Shown: positions 1 through 9,481, counted from the first letter of the stretch. The stretch is DNA of 32,845 bases from Treponemataceae bacterium (GCA_963677895.2 CAXXGJ010000011.1:1-32845); one strand, 5' to 3'. Numbers and translations: made by a program. The notes: generated from the sequence alone by a model not told the origin.

Positions 1-711
1 GGACGCCTCCTTTCCGCCGAGACCGACCCTCGTTTTGTCGCTTCCCTCTACGTGCTGAGGGACACGGTCTACAACGGCGCCCAGCCCGGCGAGGTCGAAA
101 AGACAGCCCTAAACCTCATCGAAGAGACGAAAATCCAGCCCCTCGGAGAAATCGACCGCTTCCTCATCCTCGCGCGGATCGAATACCTTCTGGCCCGTTC
201 CTGGAACGAAGCCGGCGATAAAAAGAAGGCGATGCTCCATTTCGAAGCCGCCATGGACAACGCCCTCCTCTCTTTGGAATCGGGCGAACATCCCGCCGGC
301 GTCATGGCGCTCACCAAGCCACTTTCGGAACTCTGCCTTCTCAAGAACATGGGTTTTCTGATCGCGAACGGCCCCAAAATCTCCAGGAACGCGAAAAAAA
401 TCCTCGACATGGAAGCGGGACATCCGGGAGCCCTCATCATCCTCGCGAACGCCAAGGCATACCCGCCGGCCATCTTCGGCGGAAATCCCAAGGAAGCCAT
501 AGAAGAGATCGAGGCCCTCCTCAAGGCCCGCGAGGAAGGTTTCGAGAAGGACGACCTCTTCGACATAAGGACCTGCGTCGCCACGGCCCTCCTCAAGCTC
601 GGCCGCGAGGACGAGGCGCGATTCTGGTTCGAGGCGGCCTTCGAGCTCTATCCGGGCAACAAATACGCCCTCGCCGAACTCGCGAAGATAAAGACAAAGG
701 CGAAGCCATGA
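1..711 (+). CDS. TPR-like helical repeat protein (5'-partial; frame is open from base 1)
   Basis: Frame of ORF 52..711 has no stop back to position 1. Helical TPR-like segments (ATALLKLGREDEARFWFEAAFELYPGN; LARSWNEAGDKKKAMLHFEAA). Stop overlaps the next ATG (ATGA at 708-711). Confidence 0.65.
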   Translation, partial: GRLLSAETDPRFVASLYVLRDTVYNGAQPGEVEKTALNLIEETKIQPLGEIDRFLILARIEYLLARSWNEAGDKKKAMLHFEAAMDNALLSLESGEHPAGVMALTKPLSELCLLKNMGFLIANGPKISRNAKKILDMEAGHPGALIILANAKAYPPAIFGGNPKEAIEEIEALLKAREEGFEKDDLFDIRTCVATALLKLGREDEARFWFEAAFELYPGNKYALAELAKIKTKAKP

Positions 712-1847
712 GCCTCGAGACCGTCGTCACCGCCTACGCCATGGCCACCGCGGTCGCGGGCGTCTACATCTTCGTCGTCACCGCCCTGAACACGGCCTGG
801 ATGATGCACGCGAGCATCGGCAACCCCAAAAAGACAGGCCCCCTCGTCAGCCTCCTCGTCCCGGCGCGCAACGAGGAAACCCACCTCGCGGCCTGCCTCG
901 ACTCCCTCGTCGCCCAGAACTATGAAAACCTGGAAATCATCGTCTACGACGACGACTCCACGGACGGGACGAGAAAAATCCTCGATCAATACGTGAAGCG
1001 ATACCCCGGCCTCGTCCGCGCCATCGGCGGGAAGCTCGAGCCGGGCTGGTACGGAAAACCCCACGCCCTCCAGCGCCTGTCGGAAGCGGCCTCAGGATCC
1101 TGGCTCTACTTCACCGACGCCGACACCATCCACGAGCCCGACTCGGTGGGCTTCGCCCTCGGCAGCGCCGAACTCCACAAGGCAGACCTCGTCTCGGGCT
1201 ACGTGCGCAACAAAATCGGCAGCTTCGGCGAGGGACAGGTGGTCCCCGCCATCTACCTCCTCACCATGGTGGCCATGCCCCTCTGGCTCGTCCACCTCAC
1301 GAAGTCCTCCCTCATCTCGCACGCCATAGGGCAGGCCATGCTCTTCAGGGCTTCCTTCTACGAAAAAGTCGGCGGCTACGACGCGGTGAAGCACAAGGTG
1401 TCGGAAGACGTCCACATGGCGAGGCTCGTGAAAAAACATGGCGGCAAGGTCCTCTTCACCGACCTCAAGGAACATATCGCCTGCAGGATGTACAGCGATT
1501 ACCGAAGCGCCATAGACGGCCTCTCGAAGAACGTCTACGACTACTTCAACAAGAACATCTTCGTCCTCGTGGCCGTGACCATCCTCGTGCCCCTCGTCTT
1601 CTTCATCCCCATTCTCGGCTCGATCTGGCTCCCCGCCTTCCTGATCCAGGCCCAGCCCTGGTTCCGCCTCGGCTGCCTCTTCCTCCTGTCGGCCTGGGGC
1701 CTTTTGACCATGGAACGCCTCCTGCCCTGGTACGTCCCCCTCATCTACCCCCTCATCCTCGTCAACGTCCTCTCCACCGCCTGGAGAGCCTGCAGGCTCT
1801 TCGCCACGGGCAAAGCCGTCGAATGGAAAGGAAGGATGGTGAAATAG
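708..1847 (+). CDS. Membrane-bound glycosyltransferase family 2 (CrtQ/CruC/HpnB-like)
   Basis: N-terminal TM helix; VSLLVPARNEE, YDDDSTDGT, GWYGKPHAL, DAD (DxD) and SED motifs; C-terminal TM helices ending in WKGR, typical of lipid/carotenoid GT2 enzymes. Confidence 0.85.
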   Translation: MSLETVVTAYAMATAVAGVYIFVVTALNTAWMMHASIGNPKKTGPLVSLLVPARNEETHLAACLDSLVAQNYENLEIIVYDDDSTDGTRKILDQYVKRYPGLVRAIGGKLEPGWYGKPHALQRLSEAASGSWLYFTDADTIHEPDSVGFALGSAELHKADLVSGYVRNKIGSFGEGQVVPAIYLLTMVAMPLWLVHLTKSSLISHAIGQAMLFRASFYEKVGGYDAVKHKVSEDVHMARLVKKHGGKVLFTDLKEHIACRMYSDYRSAIDGLSKNVYDYFNKNIFVLVAVTILVPLVFFIPILGSIWLPAFLIQAQPWFRLGCLFLLSAWGLLTMERLLPWYVPLIYPLILVNVLSTAWRACRLFATGKAVEWKGRMVK

Positions 1848-1876
1848 GCATGGCGTACAAAAGAGGAAAGGCCCTG

Positions 1877-2595
1877 ATGATAAAAAAGCCGCCATTCCTG
1901 GCGGCTTCCTATCTGCTCTGCTGGCTTGTCGCGCTCGTCGGTTGGCCCATCGTCCAAGCCTGGTACGGCCATACCGTGACAGGCAGGCAAAACCTGAAAA
2001 AGACGGGCCGGCGCCCCCTCATCTTCGTCAGCAACCACTCCCTGCCCCTGGACAGCCTCATCCACGGCCTTTCCATCCTGCCGGGCTTCACCTATTTCAC
2101 CATCATCGAGGAAACCGTCATGACGCCCATCCTCGGCACCCTCGTCCGCCTCCTGGGAGGCATCCCCATGCCTACCGATTCGGCGCGGCTCAAGGACATC
2201 GACGAAGCCATGGACAGCGCGCTCGCGATCCGCGGACGCGTCTATTTCTACGCCGAAGGGGAATGCTTCCTCCTCAACCAGGAGATCAAACCCTTCAAGG
2301 CTGGCGCCTTCTACTACGCCATCAGGAACAAGGCTCTCATCGTCCCCGTCGTCACCGTGCTCAAGCGCCCGAAGCGGCGCGTCCGCCCCGCCGTCCATAT
2401 CCTTCCCGCCCTGGAAGCGCCCGCCCCCACCGGCCACGCCGCCACCGACCTCCACAACGCCATCGTCCTCTCGAAGCGCGTCCGCGCCGACATGATCACC
2501 ATCCCCAGGCCCTCATCGACGCGGAGGGCGGCGACAAAAGCCTCTACCGCGGCCCCATGCCCCGCATACGCGGCGTCAACGACCGCGAACGATAG
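1877..2595 (+). CDS. Lysophospholipid/PlsC-family acyltransferase (apparent 1-base frameshift at ~2503-2507)
   Basis: NHSLPLD (HxxxxD), FYAEG (FPEG-like) and PFKAGAF motifs. ATG 1877 follows AGAGGAAAGG; alternative start at 1850. After RVRADMITI the plausible C-terminus (QALIDAEGGDKSLYRGPMPRIRGVNDRER*) lies in the frame of ORF 1942..2595. Confidence 0.8.
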
Positions 2596-2602
2596 GAACT
2601 GG

Positions 2603-2640
2603 CGGACAGGATAACAAGACGAGCAGGATTTACGGGAAGA
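2603..2640 (+). repeat. 38-bp direct repeat, copy 1, built of ~9-bp ACAGGAT-type units
   Basis: cggacaggataacaagacgagcaggatttacgggaaga; 33/38 identical to 3873-3910. Confidence 0.85.
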
Positions 2641-2661
2641 GGATTTAGGTAAGGAGATGAA

Positions 2662-2719
2662 AATTCGGCTAGCTCGGTAGCCGAATTAGGTTGAATTCGG
2701 CTAGTCAGTAATGTATCAT
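2662..2719 (+). promoter_or_regulatory. Sigma70-type promoter with three AATTCGGCTA boxes (putative operator)
   Basis: AATTCGGCTA at 2662-2671, its reverse complement TAGCCGAATT at 2678-2687, and a third copy at 2694-2703. -35 TTGAAT at 2691-2696, 17-bp spacer, -10 TATCAT at 2714-2719. Confidence 0.7.
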
Positions 2720-2725
2720 AAGACT

Positions 2726-3865
2726 ATGAACATCACGAGAACCCTGGAAAAAGCGGTGCGGGAGTGGCTGGACTCGCCGGTACGGATACTCATCCTCTAC
2801 GGACCACGCCAGGCCGGGAAGACGACCCTTATACGGACCGCCTTGTCGGGATACGCAGGGAAGGTCGTCAGCCTCAACGCGGACGAATATCCCGTCAGGG
2901 ACGCGTTATCCCAGGGCGATCTCGCGAAGCTGGCAGCCTTGGTTCAAGGGCGGGATCTATTGTTCATCGACGAGGCGCAGCGGGTTCCCGACATCGGCCT
3001 CAACCTGAAAATCCTGCACGATGGCATACCGAATCTGCGCATCATCGCGACGAGCAGCTCGTCCTTCGAACTCGCGCAGAAAACAGGCGAACCGCTCACC
3101 GGCAGGACTCGGAGCATGACCCTACTGCCCTTGGGTGTGGCGGAATGGGCTTCGACGCTCACTCCCTTCGAGCTTTCCAGAAAACGCGAAGAGTTTATGA
3201 TCTTCGGCATGTATCCGGGATTGATCGGATTTTCCGACTCAGCGGAAAAAGCCGATGTCCTGGCCGAACTGGCGAACAACTATCTCTATAAGGACATCCT
3301 GTCGCTGGGAGGCATTCGGAACGAACGAAAAATACGCGATCTCGTACGCCTTCTCGCGTTCCAGACAGGGAGCGAAGTTTCATTCACGGAACTGGGCACG
3401 ACGCTCGGGATGAGCAAGGATACCGTCATCCGATATGTCGACCTTCTCGAAAAGGCATTCATCTTATTCCGGTCTCAGGGATTTTCGGCGAACCTGCGCA
3501 ACGAAATCACCAAGAAGGATAAGATCTTTTTCTACGATACCGGCCTGAGGAACGCGGTAATCGACAACTTTAAGCCACTCGCTCAGCGTGACGATTCCGG
3601 AAGGCTATGGGAAAACTTCCTCGTGGCGGAACGTCGTAAGCTCCACCTTCATACACGGACTCGCGTGGATTCGCGCTTTTGGCGAACCCACGCGGGATCG
3701 GAGATCGATCTCATCGAAGAGAGCGGCGGCAACATCACCGCCTGGGAGATAAAATCGGGGCATAAAAGCGCTAGAGTGCCACCGACATGGGCAGCCGCGT
3801 ATCCAGAGGCGCCGTTTCACGTGATCAACGAAGACAACTGGATACCCTTCCTGGGCGTTCAATGA
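2726..3865 (+). CDS. AAA_14 ATPase with DUF4143 / C-terminal PD-(D/E)xK-like domain
   Basis: Walker A GPRQAGKT, Walker B LFIDEAQ, TGEPLTGR, FGMYP, KIFFYDTGLRN, GRLWENF, EIDLI...EIKS. Start moved from 2711 to 2726 because a start at 2711 would put the predicted -10 box (2714-2719) inside the CDS. Confidence 0.9.
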   Translation: MNITRTLEKAVREWLDSPVRILILYGPRQAGKTTLIRTALSGYAGKVVSLNADEYPVRDALSQGDLAKLAALVQGRDLLFIDEAQRVPDIGLNLKILHDGIPNLRIIATSSSSFELAQKTGEPLTGRTRSMTLLPLGVAEWASTLTPFELSRKREEFMIFGMYPGLIGFSDSAEKADVLAELANNYLYKDILSLGGIRNERKIRDLVRLLAFQTGSEVSFTELGTTLGMSKDTVIRYVDLLEKAFILFRSQGFSANLRNEITKKDKIFFYDTGLRNAVIDNFKPLAQRDDSGRLWENFLVAERRKLHLHTRTRVDSRFWRTHAGSEIDLIEESGGNITAWEIKSGHKSARVPPTWAAAYPEAPFHVINEDNWIPFLGVQ

Positions 3866-3872
3866 GCCGAAC

Positions 3873-3910
3873 CGGACAGGATAACAGGATAAGCAGGATC
3901 TACAGGAAGA
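3873..3910 (+). repeat. 38-bp direct repeat, copy 2
   Basis: cggacaggataacaggataagcaggatctacaggaaga; its last 11 bases overlap the stop codon and last codons of the convergent wzi-like gene. Confidence 0.85.
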
Positions 3911-5721
3911 ACTTGCAGCTCAGCTCCAGCACGTTCTTCCATTCGGCCTCGGGTACGGCGGCCCCGCCCCCCGTGCCGTCCTCCCACCAGGTATAGGAAA
4001 GCCCGTAGCCGGCCCCGAACTCGAGGGGAACCTTAGCCCCTAGAATCTCAGGCGCTTTTGCGGGTCTCCAGTAGACCTTGAACTTAGCTATGTGGTTGTA
4101 GTCGTAGATGCCGTCGTGGAGGAAGTCCTTGTCACGTAATCGGAAACCCCGCCGGAGCCATAGTCCAGATATTCGTCGACGTCCCCATAGATTTGGTGAT
4201 CCGTCGTGAGGTAATTGGGATTATCCCCATGGCGAATGAAGCTGTACTGGAAATCGGCGCGCCAATCCGCGGCGAGTCGGGTGTCGAGCTTGAGCAGCAG
4301 TTCGTCGGAATTAGGTTTCAGGTGATAGCCCAGGTTTTCGCCGTCGTTGGTATAGTTCGTGTTGACCCGCAGCCGCGTATCGCTGTTCCATGTGGGCGGG
4401 TGGGTATAGACGAAAGGCTCGATCTTTGTGTACTGGGCGGTGAGCGACGCGAAGGGAAGCCAAGGAAGGTCGAGCTTTAACCCGCCCTGATAGGCGAACA
4501 TGTTGCGCGCCTTGCTGAACCATTCATCGAAACCGGAAAGCTCCATCTCGTCGATGTAGAGGGAAGCGTAGACTTTGCCTATCCGTTTCAGGAAAACCTG
4601 AATGTCCCCGCCCAGGCTCATGTTGTCCACGTCAGACTGCGTTACCTGATACTCGACCGCGAACATCATCGGCGAAAGGTAGCCCAGCTCGAGACGCTTG
4701 GCGCCTATCATCGAGCCCGAGGCCGAAAGACTGAGCCACTCGAAGGGAAAGAGCTCCAGCCGCTGGATGGCGAACATCTTCTGCTCGGTGACCGCCGTGG
4801 GATTGCCATCGGAATCGGTAGCCGTCGAACGGTCGGCTTCACGCCTTTCTCCCAGTTGCCCAAGAGAACCGACCATGTGGGAGATCGCGAATATTTCCGA
4901 TGGCCTGAACTGTACTTCCAGCCCCATGAAAGGACGAGCGGTGCCCGAAAGCGCGAGAGAGCCTGAGCCCACGCCCCAGTCGCGGCGGAAGCGGGAGAGG
5001 CGGAACCTGAAAGCCCCCGAATCCGTCGCCCCGGCGATGTCGCTGCGGAGGTCGAAGCTCCAGGTCGGGATAGGCTTCCGCCCCGTCTGTCGCTGGGGGA
5101 GGTGGACACTTTATTGTGGTAGGTGTCCCACTCCTTGGTGAAGGAATAGGGCATATAGAGATCGCGGTTCACCTTATCATAGGTTATGCCGATGGTACCC
5201 CAAAGCGAGAGCCAAGGCTCGGGATAGAGCTTCACGTAGGGCTGGATGAGAGAGTTGAGGTGCCAGAGATCGGCTACGTCGCCGGACCATGCGCCGCTCG
5301 TCCCGCCCGTGGCGAGGTCAGCGATGCCGGCGGCATCGAAGCGTTCGGTGGCCTCGATATGGCCTCCCACTGCCGCCTTGGCGTTGGGCGCCTTCCAGAG
5401 AGCCTGCCCGATATCACCCCGCGCCCCATCCTCGAATTCGGCGGCGATGCCCCGAATTTCGGCCCGCTCGACGGGGGAGAAAACGTCCATATTCGCCTGG
5501 ATCGTCGCGAGGAACTCGGCCACCTGAGCCCGCGTGTAGGGCTTCACCGACGAAAGCCGCGTCAGCACGCCGCGCAGCTCGGCGGTCTCGATGACGCCAT
5601 ACACAGGATGCCCCAGCTCGACGGCGAGATGGGACTGGGCACCGGCCCTCGGCGCCGCCATGAATCCGAGCGCGAAGACCAGCATGGCGCCAATAATCCA
5701 TCGAAGCATATTTTTTGCCAT
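3900..5721 (-). CDS. wzi: Capsule-assembly Wzi-like outer-membrane beta-barrel protein (frameshifts at ~5065-5100 and ~4130-4137)
   Basis: Signal peptide MAKNMLRWIIGAMLVFALGFMAAPRAGA/Q. N-terminal HPVY..IETAELRG..SSVKPYTR motif; RRDWGVGSGSLALSGTARPF and NLGYHLKPNSDE motifs. Joining ORFs 4708..5721, 4088..4972 and a third frame gives a C-terminus ...EWKNVLELSCKFFL* (TAG at 3900-3902). Confidence 0.7.
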
Positions 5722-5751
5722 TGTTTTTCCTTTTCAAGAAATCTCGGATGA

Positions 5752-5779
5752 AGTATAGCACCAATAAAAAAGCTTGCCA
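5752..5779 (-). promoter_or_regulatory. Putative extended -10 promoter for the wzi-like gene
   Basis: Minus strand reads TGGCAA-16 bp-TATACT with TGn immediately before TATACT. It sits just downstream of the terminator and ~30 bp upstream of the ATG. Confidence 0.5.
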
Positions 5780-5786
5780 GTAAGGC

Positions 5787-5826
5787 AAAAAAAAGGCCAC
5801 CCGCGAACGCGTCGCGGGTGGCCTTT
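5787..5826 (-). terminator. Rho-independent terminator ending the long minus-strand operon
   Basis: Perfect 15-bp stem aaaggccacccgcga / tcgcgggtggccttt (5792-5826) with a 5-nt loop, ending in a T8 run on the minus strand. It lies 24 bp after the regulator stop. Confidence 0.88.
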
Positions 5827-5849
5827 CCAATAAGCGAATCCATTGTTAT

Positions 5850-6482
5850 CTACATCGACACGGCGTCCTTGCCGAAAAGGGCATCGGTACAGCCGAAAAG
5901 AATATCGGCCAGATGAACCCGTGAGGCGCCAGCGCCGAAGCCATGATCTGCCTCGGCATCATCGGGCCTTTGCTCGCCGCAGTCTTTTTCAAGACCGCTG
6001 AAGGTTTTGGCGGCCACGAACATGGCGCCGGGAAGGGCGAGCAGGGCTTCACGCCTGGCTTCCACGGGATTTTTCACGAAAGTAAGGCCGTGCCGCTCGC
6101 AGGAATAGTCGAAAAGAAAATCGAGCTCGGCGGGACCTTCGAGCACCAGGATGTCGAAGCCTTCTTTCGAAAGCCGGAGGACGAAGGCATCGATCTTGTC
6201 GCGATAGAGGGAGGCGCTCCGCACCGCCCTCGTGAAGTAGGAGAGCGAACGGCGCAGGACCTCCTCCATTCCGTCTGAGGTGAGGATATAGCGCAGGCTG
6301 CGCCCCGAAAGGTGCATCAGCTTGACCCAGCCCCGCTCGATGAAACGCTTGAGGAGGGCGTTCGTCATCCCCAGGGACAGACCGGAGGCTCCGGCCAGAT
6401 CGCGCTGCGAAGTGGTAGCGGAATCGTCCTGTTTTGAGTAGATGGTTTCAAGGAGTTGAAGCTCTGTATCGTTGGGGGTCAT
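5850..6482 (-). CDS. Winged-helix (EPS-associated MarR-like) transcriptional regulator
   Basis: SQRDLAGASGLSLGMTNALLKRFIERGWVK...RYILTSDG matches the EPS-locus MarR/HTH pattern. ATGA-coupled to the upstream wecA-like gene. Confidence 0.85.
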   Translation of the reverse strand: MTPNDTELQLLETIYSKQDDSATTSQRDLAGASGLSLGMTNALLKRFIERGWVKLMHLSGRSLRYILTSDGMEEVLRRSLSYFTRAVRSASLYRDKIDAFVLRLSKEGFDILVLEGPAELDFLFDYSCERHGLTFVKNPVEARREALLALPGAMFVAAKTFSGLEKDCGEQRPDDAEADHGFGAGASRVHLADILFGCTDALFGKDAVSM

Positions 6483-7543
6483 GTTCCCTTAGGATGGAGA
6501 GAGATGGCGAAGCGAAATAAAAGGCCTAGGATCATCAAGGATATTATTTCAACGGGGAAAGAAAGATATGCGGGAAGCTTACTTGCGACAATAAATACTA
6601 TTGCCAGGCAAGCTGCCGCCGCATAGAGGATACCGAGTATATTGATCAGTCTGTAACCGCTATCGAAAAAGCGATGATGAATATGAAGCCTGTCGGGAGT
6701 GGCGATGCTCACATGGGTCGCCACCCTTCGAACGATGGCGTATAACGTATCGATCGTAGGAATGGCTAAGAGGACGAAGGCCGGAAGCAGACCTATCGTT
6801 TTCACGGCTGTGCTGCCCGATTGACCTATGAAAGGAATTACAGAAAGCGAAAAACCAAGGAAGAGACTCCCCGAATCGCCCATGAACATTTTGGCCCTGG
6901 GCGCCGGAAAGTTGACGATAAGGAATCCCGCGATCGCTCCCGCGAGCATGATGCAGAGAAAACTCGCGGCCGCGTCGCCAGCAAGATAATAGAATGCCGC
7001 GTAGGCGATCGACGCGATAAAGGATAGCCCGCCGGCGAGACCATCCAATCCATCGATGAGATTGATCGCGTTGGTTACTCCGACGATCCAGACGATGCTG
7101 ATGATAGCGGAGAACCACCCAAGGCTGCCTGAAAGCGCGTCGGGAGCGTAGCCGAAGCCCTGGAAGCGATACCCTCCGCCCGCCACGACGACGAGCGCGG
7201 CGCTAATCTGAAATATAAGCTTGGTTCTCGCCTTCACGCCTTTTACGTCATCGACGAGCCCGATAGCGTGGACAAGCGCCGCGCCAATTATAAAGGGCGT
7301 GAGGCTCGCGACTCGCCCGGAAAACTGACGGTAAAGTTCAGCCTCGGCGATCAAGGGATAGGCTATCGCCGCGACGAAGAAGGCCCAGAACATGCCCACG
7401 CCGCCAAGGCGCGGGATTTGGCCGGTGTGGATCTTCCGCTTCCCTAGGCTGTCATAAAGTTCGTTTCTTATGGCAAATTCCAGTATAAGGGGCATCGCGC
7501 TCGCTGAGAGAGCCGTCGAAAGGATTATAGTAGTCCACTGCAC
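6479..7543 (-). CDS. wecA: Undecaprenyl-phosphate GlcNAc-1-phosphate transferase (WecA/TagO, MraY family)
   Basis: RKIH..IPRLGG, GLVDD, NAINLIDGLDGL, FMGDSGS, DRLHIHH motifs; about 10-11 TM helices. Confidence 0.9.
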   Translation of the reverse strand: MQWTTIILSTALSASAMPLILEFAIRNELYDSLGKRKIHTGQIPRLGGVGMFWAFFVAAIAYPLIAEAELYRQFSGRVASLTPFIIGAALVHAIGLVDDVKGVKARTKLIFQISAALVVVAGGGYRFQGFGYAPDALSGSLGWFSAIISIVWIVGVTNAINLIDGLDGLAGGLSFIASIAYAAFYYLAGDAAASFLCIMLAGAIAGFLIVNFPAPRAKMFMGDSGSLFLGFSLSVIPFIGQSGSTAVKTIGLLPAFVLLAIPTIDTLYAIVRRVATHVSIATPDRLHIHHRFFDSGYRLINILGILYAAAACLAIVFIVASKLPAYLSFPVEIISLMILGLLFRFAISLHPKGT

Positions 7544-7563
7544 AGCTTTCCCTTCTTTTTAGC

Positions 7564-8109
7564 TCAGCCAACCTGAGCGTCGGGAAGGAGGCAATGAAAA
7601 AAGGAATTGGGAATTTGAAAGCTTTTTGTGGCGCCGCGGCGAGAGAACAAGGTTAGCGTTACAATATCGCCTTCGGCCAGGCGAGCGGCGTATTTTTCCA
7701 GATCGTCGAGGCCAAGAAGGAAGGTCACCGTAGCCTCGGAGTTTCCGTCTTCCAGATTCCTGATTTTCGTCATGCCAATCATGCTGAGGCTGCAATTGGA
7801 GGGAAAGAGCCATTTCAGTTCGCCAGAAAGCATAAAGTCACCATCGCTGACGATGGTCACCATCAATGCCTTGAGATTGAAGGATTCGGACAGGCTGGCG
7901 TTGAGCATAACCTTGGAAATATCGCTCTTCGATACCGTAAAATCATCCCTGACGGAGAGAAGAGGGGGATCTCGGTCGAGTTTTTCGAAAAATATGGTAT
8001 GGAGGGTTGTGTCTACCAGAACTTCAGCAACGGCGGCTCTCTGGGCGAAACAATGGAATCCAAGGCAAAAAAATACGGCTAAAATGCAGAATACGACATT
8101 TTTTCTCAT
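7564..8109 (-). CDS. Hypothetical secreted protein
   Basis: ORF 7564..8166. Internal ATG at 8109 gives a signal-peptide-like N-terminus (MRKNVVFCILAVFFCLGFHCFA/Q). No family recognised; lower GC than neighbours. Confidence 0.55.
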   Translation of the reverse strand: MRKNVVFCILAVFFCLGFHCFAQRAAVAEVLVDTTLHTIFFEKLDRDPPLLSVRDDFTVSKSDISKVMLNASLSESFNLKALMVTIVSDGDFMLSGELKWLFPSNCSLSMIGMTKIRNLEDGNSEATVTFLLGLDDLEKYAARLAEGDIVTLTLFSRRGATKSFQIPNSFFHCLLPDAQVG

Positions 8110-8245
8110 GCGTTTGTTAGAATAAAGATCTTCAAACTTTTTGATATGTCGCACATTGTTTAACATTTTTTATATATGAAAAATCTTATCCTTTTCCTCC
8201 TGCTGAAACCACTTTACATCCTTTTTCAATGAACCGTCAAGCAAA

Positions 8246-9481
8246 TTATTCCTTTTTCAATTGTTGACGTTGCTTCCTTTCTCCAGAGAACTTTGCCCTT
8301 ACTTCGGGATCGGAAACAAGCTTACCGAAGGCATCGAGCACAAAGGCGAGAAGAACCGAGAGGAATCCGCCGGCCATCGTGCCGACCACACAGATCATGG
8401 ACCGCGAGGGTTCACTTTTCTTTTCGGGTGGGATAGCCCTGTCGATCACCTCGACGAAAACTTTTTCGGTGGCATCCTGCAACTTCATGCTCTCAAGACT
8501 GGAAAGAAGGGTGCCATAGACTTTCGTGGCAAGCTCCAGCTCGGCCGTGAGATTCGCGTACTCCATGAGGGCGCCTGGTGTTTCGCTCATCGAGGGCCCC
8601 ACTCCGCCGCCGGTCTTTTCGAAATCGGCCATCTGCTTCTTGACCGCATCGAGCTGAGTCTTGGCGGAGACAACCTTGGGATTGTCCGACGATAGTGCGC
8701 TCTCGAGACGAGATATCTCAATTTCCAAGGTAATCTTTTGCTGTATCAACGCTTGATAGAGCTGCAACCCCCCAGCGCTCTGAACCTGAGGTTGGACGAA
8801 CTTGTTTTTCTTTTGGTAAGCAGTCAGCTTGTTCTGGGCCGCGCGGACTTTCTGCTCCTGCTCGGTAGCCTGTTGTTCGAGAAGTATTATGTTTTTCCCG
8901 CTCGAAGACAGCACCCTGTCCGCAAGATCCTTTTGGATCATATCCAAGGCGCCATTCGCGATAGTGCTGGAGAGCGTGGCGCTCTTGGTCTTGACGACGA
9001 TCTTCATCACGCTAGTTTTCGTGTCAGTAGATACCGACAGGACATCTTTCCGTAAAGCCTCAACCGCGGCTCCCATCGGCGTGCCTTTTTTGATTTTTTC
9101 CGGATGCTCGATGAGGACAGGAATAAGGTTGAGCTCAGCTACAAGATTTTCCGCGAAACTGCGGCTCTTGAGAATAGCCTCGATCTTTATGGCAGGATCG
9201 CTGGAACTCCCACCGGGCAGGCTCACCCCCGCCATCGCGGCGAGGCCCGCATATTGAGAGAGCAGGGATGAAGAAGACCCGGATATCGGCAACACCGTGG
9301 CGGAGGCGGTGAACATATTGGGCTGCATGAGGGCGTAGACCACCGACAGAACAGCCGCTGCCGCCGTGACCGTCACTATGAGCATCTTGCGCCGCCACAA
9401 GGTGGCGGCGAGATCCACGAGACTTATCTCGTCGTCGCTCCCAGAAGCCGGCGTTTTATTTTCCATTTCGTTGTCGGACAT
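8246..9481 (-). CDS. wzz: Polysaccharide co-polymerase / chain-length determinant (Wzz/GumC-type, no kinase domain)
   Basis: DDEISLVDLAATLWRRK plus N-terminal TM, periplasmic coiled-coil, VIDRAIPPEKKSEPSR Pro-rich motif plus C-terminal TM. GGAG RBS upstream. Confidence 0.9.
   Translation of the reverse strand: MSDNEMENKTPASGSDDEISLVDLAATLWRRKMLIVTVTAAAAVLSVVYALMQPNMFTASATVLPISGSSSSLLSQYAGLAAMAGVSLPGGSSSDPAIKIEAILKSRSFAENLVAELNLIPVLIEHPEKIKKGTPMGAAVEALRKDVLSVSTDTKTSVMKIVVKTKSATLSSTIANGALDMIQKDLADRVLSSSGKNIILLEQQATEQEQKVRAAQNKLTAYQKKNKFVQPQVQSAGGLQLYQALIQQKITLEIEISRLESALSSDNPKVVSAKTQLDAVKKQMADFEKTGGGVGPSMSETPGALMEYANLTAELELATKVYGTLLSSLESMKLQDATEKVFVEVIDRAIPPEKKSEPSRSMICVVGTMAGGFLSVLLAFVLDAFGKLVSDPEVRAKFSGERKQRQQLKKE

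Noticed and set aside
69..2502. Minus-strand and alternate-frame ORFs (69..596, 648..1064, 1092..1895, 1745..2455, most of 1942..2595)
   Set aside because: Shadows of strongly GC3-biased plus-strand genes; no recognisable motifs.
2603..3910. The 38-bp repeats as a CRISPR array or IS ends
   Set aside because: Only two copies 1.27 kb apart, in direct orientation, with no transposase between them.
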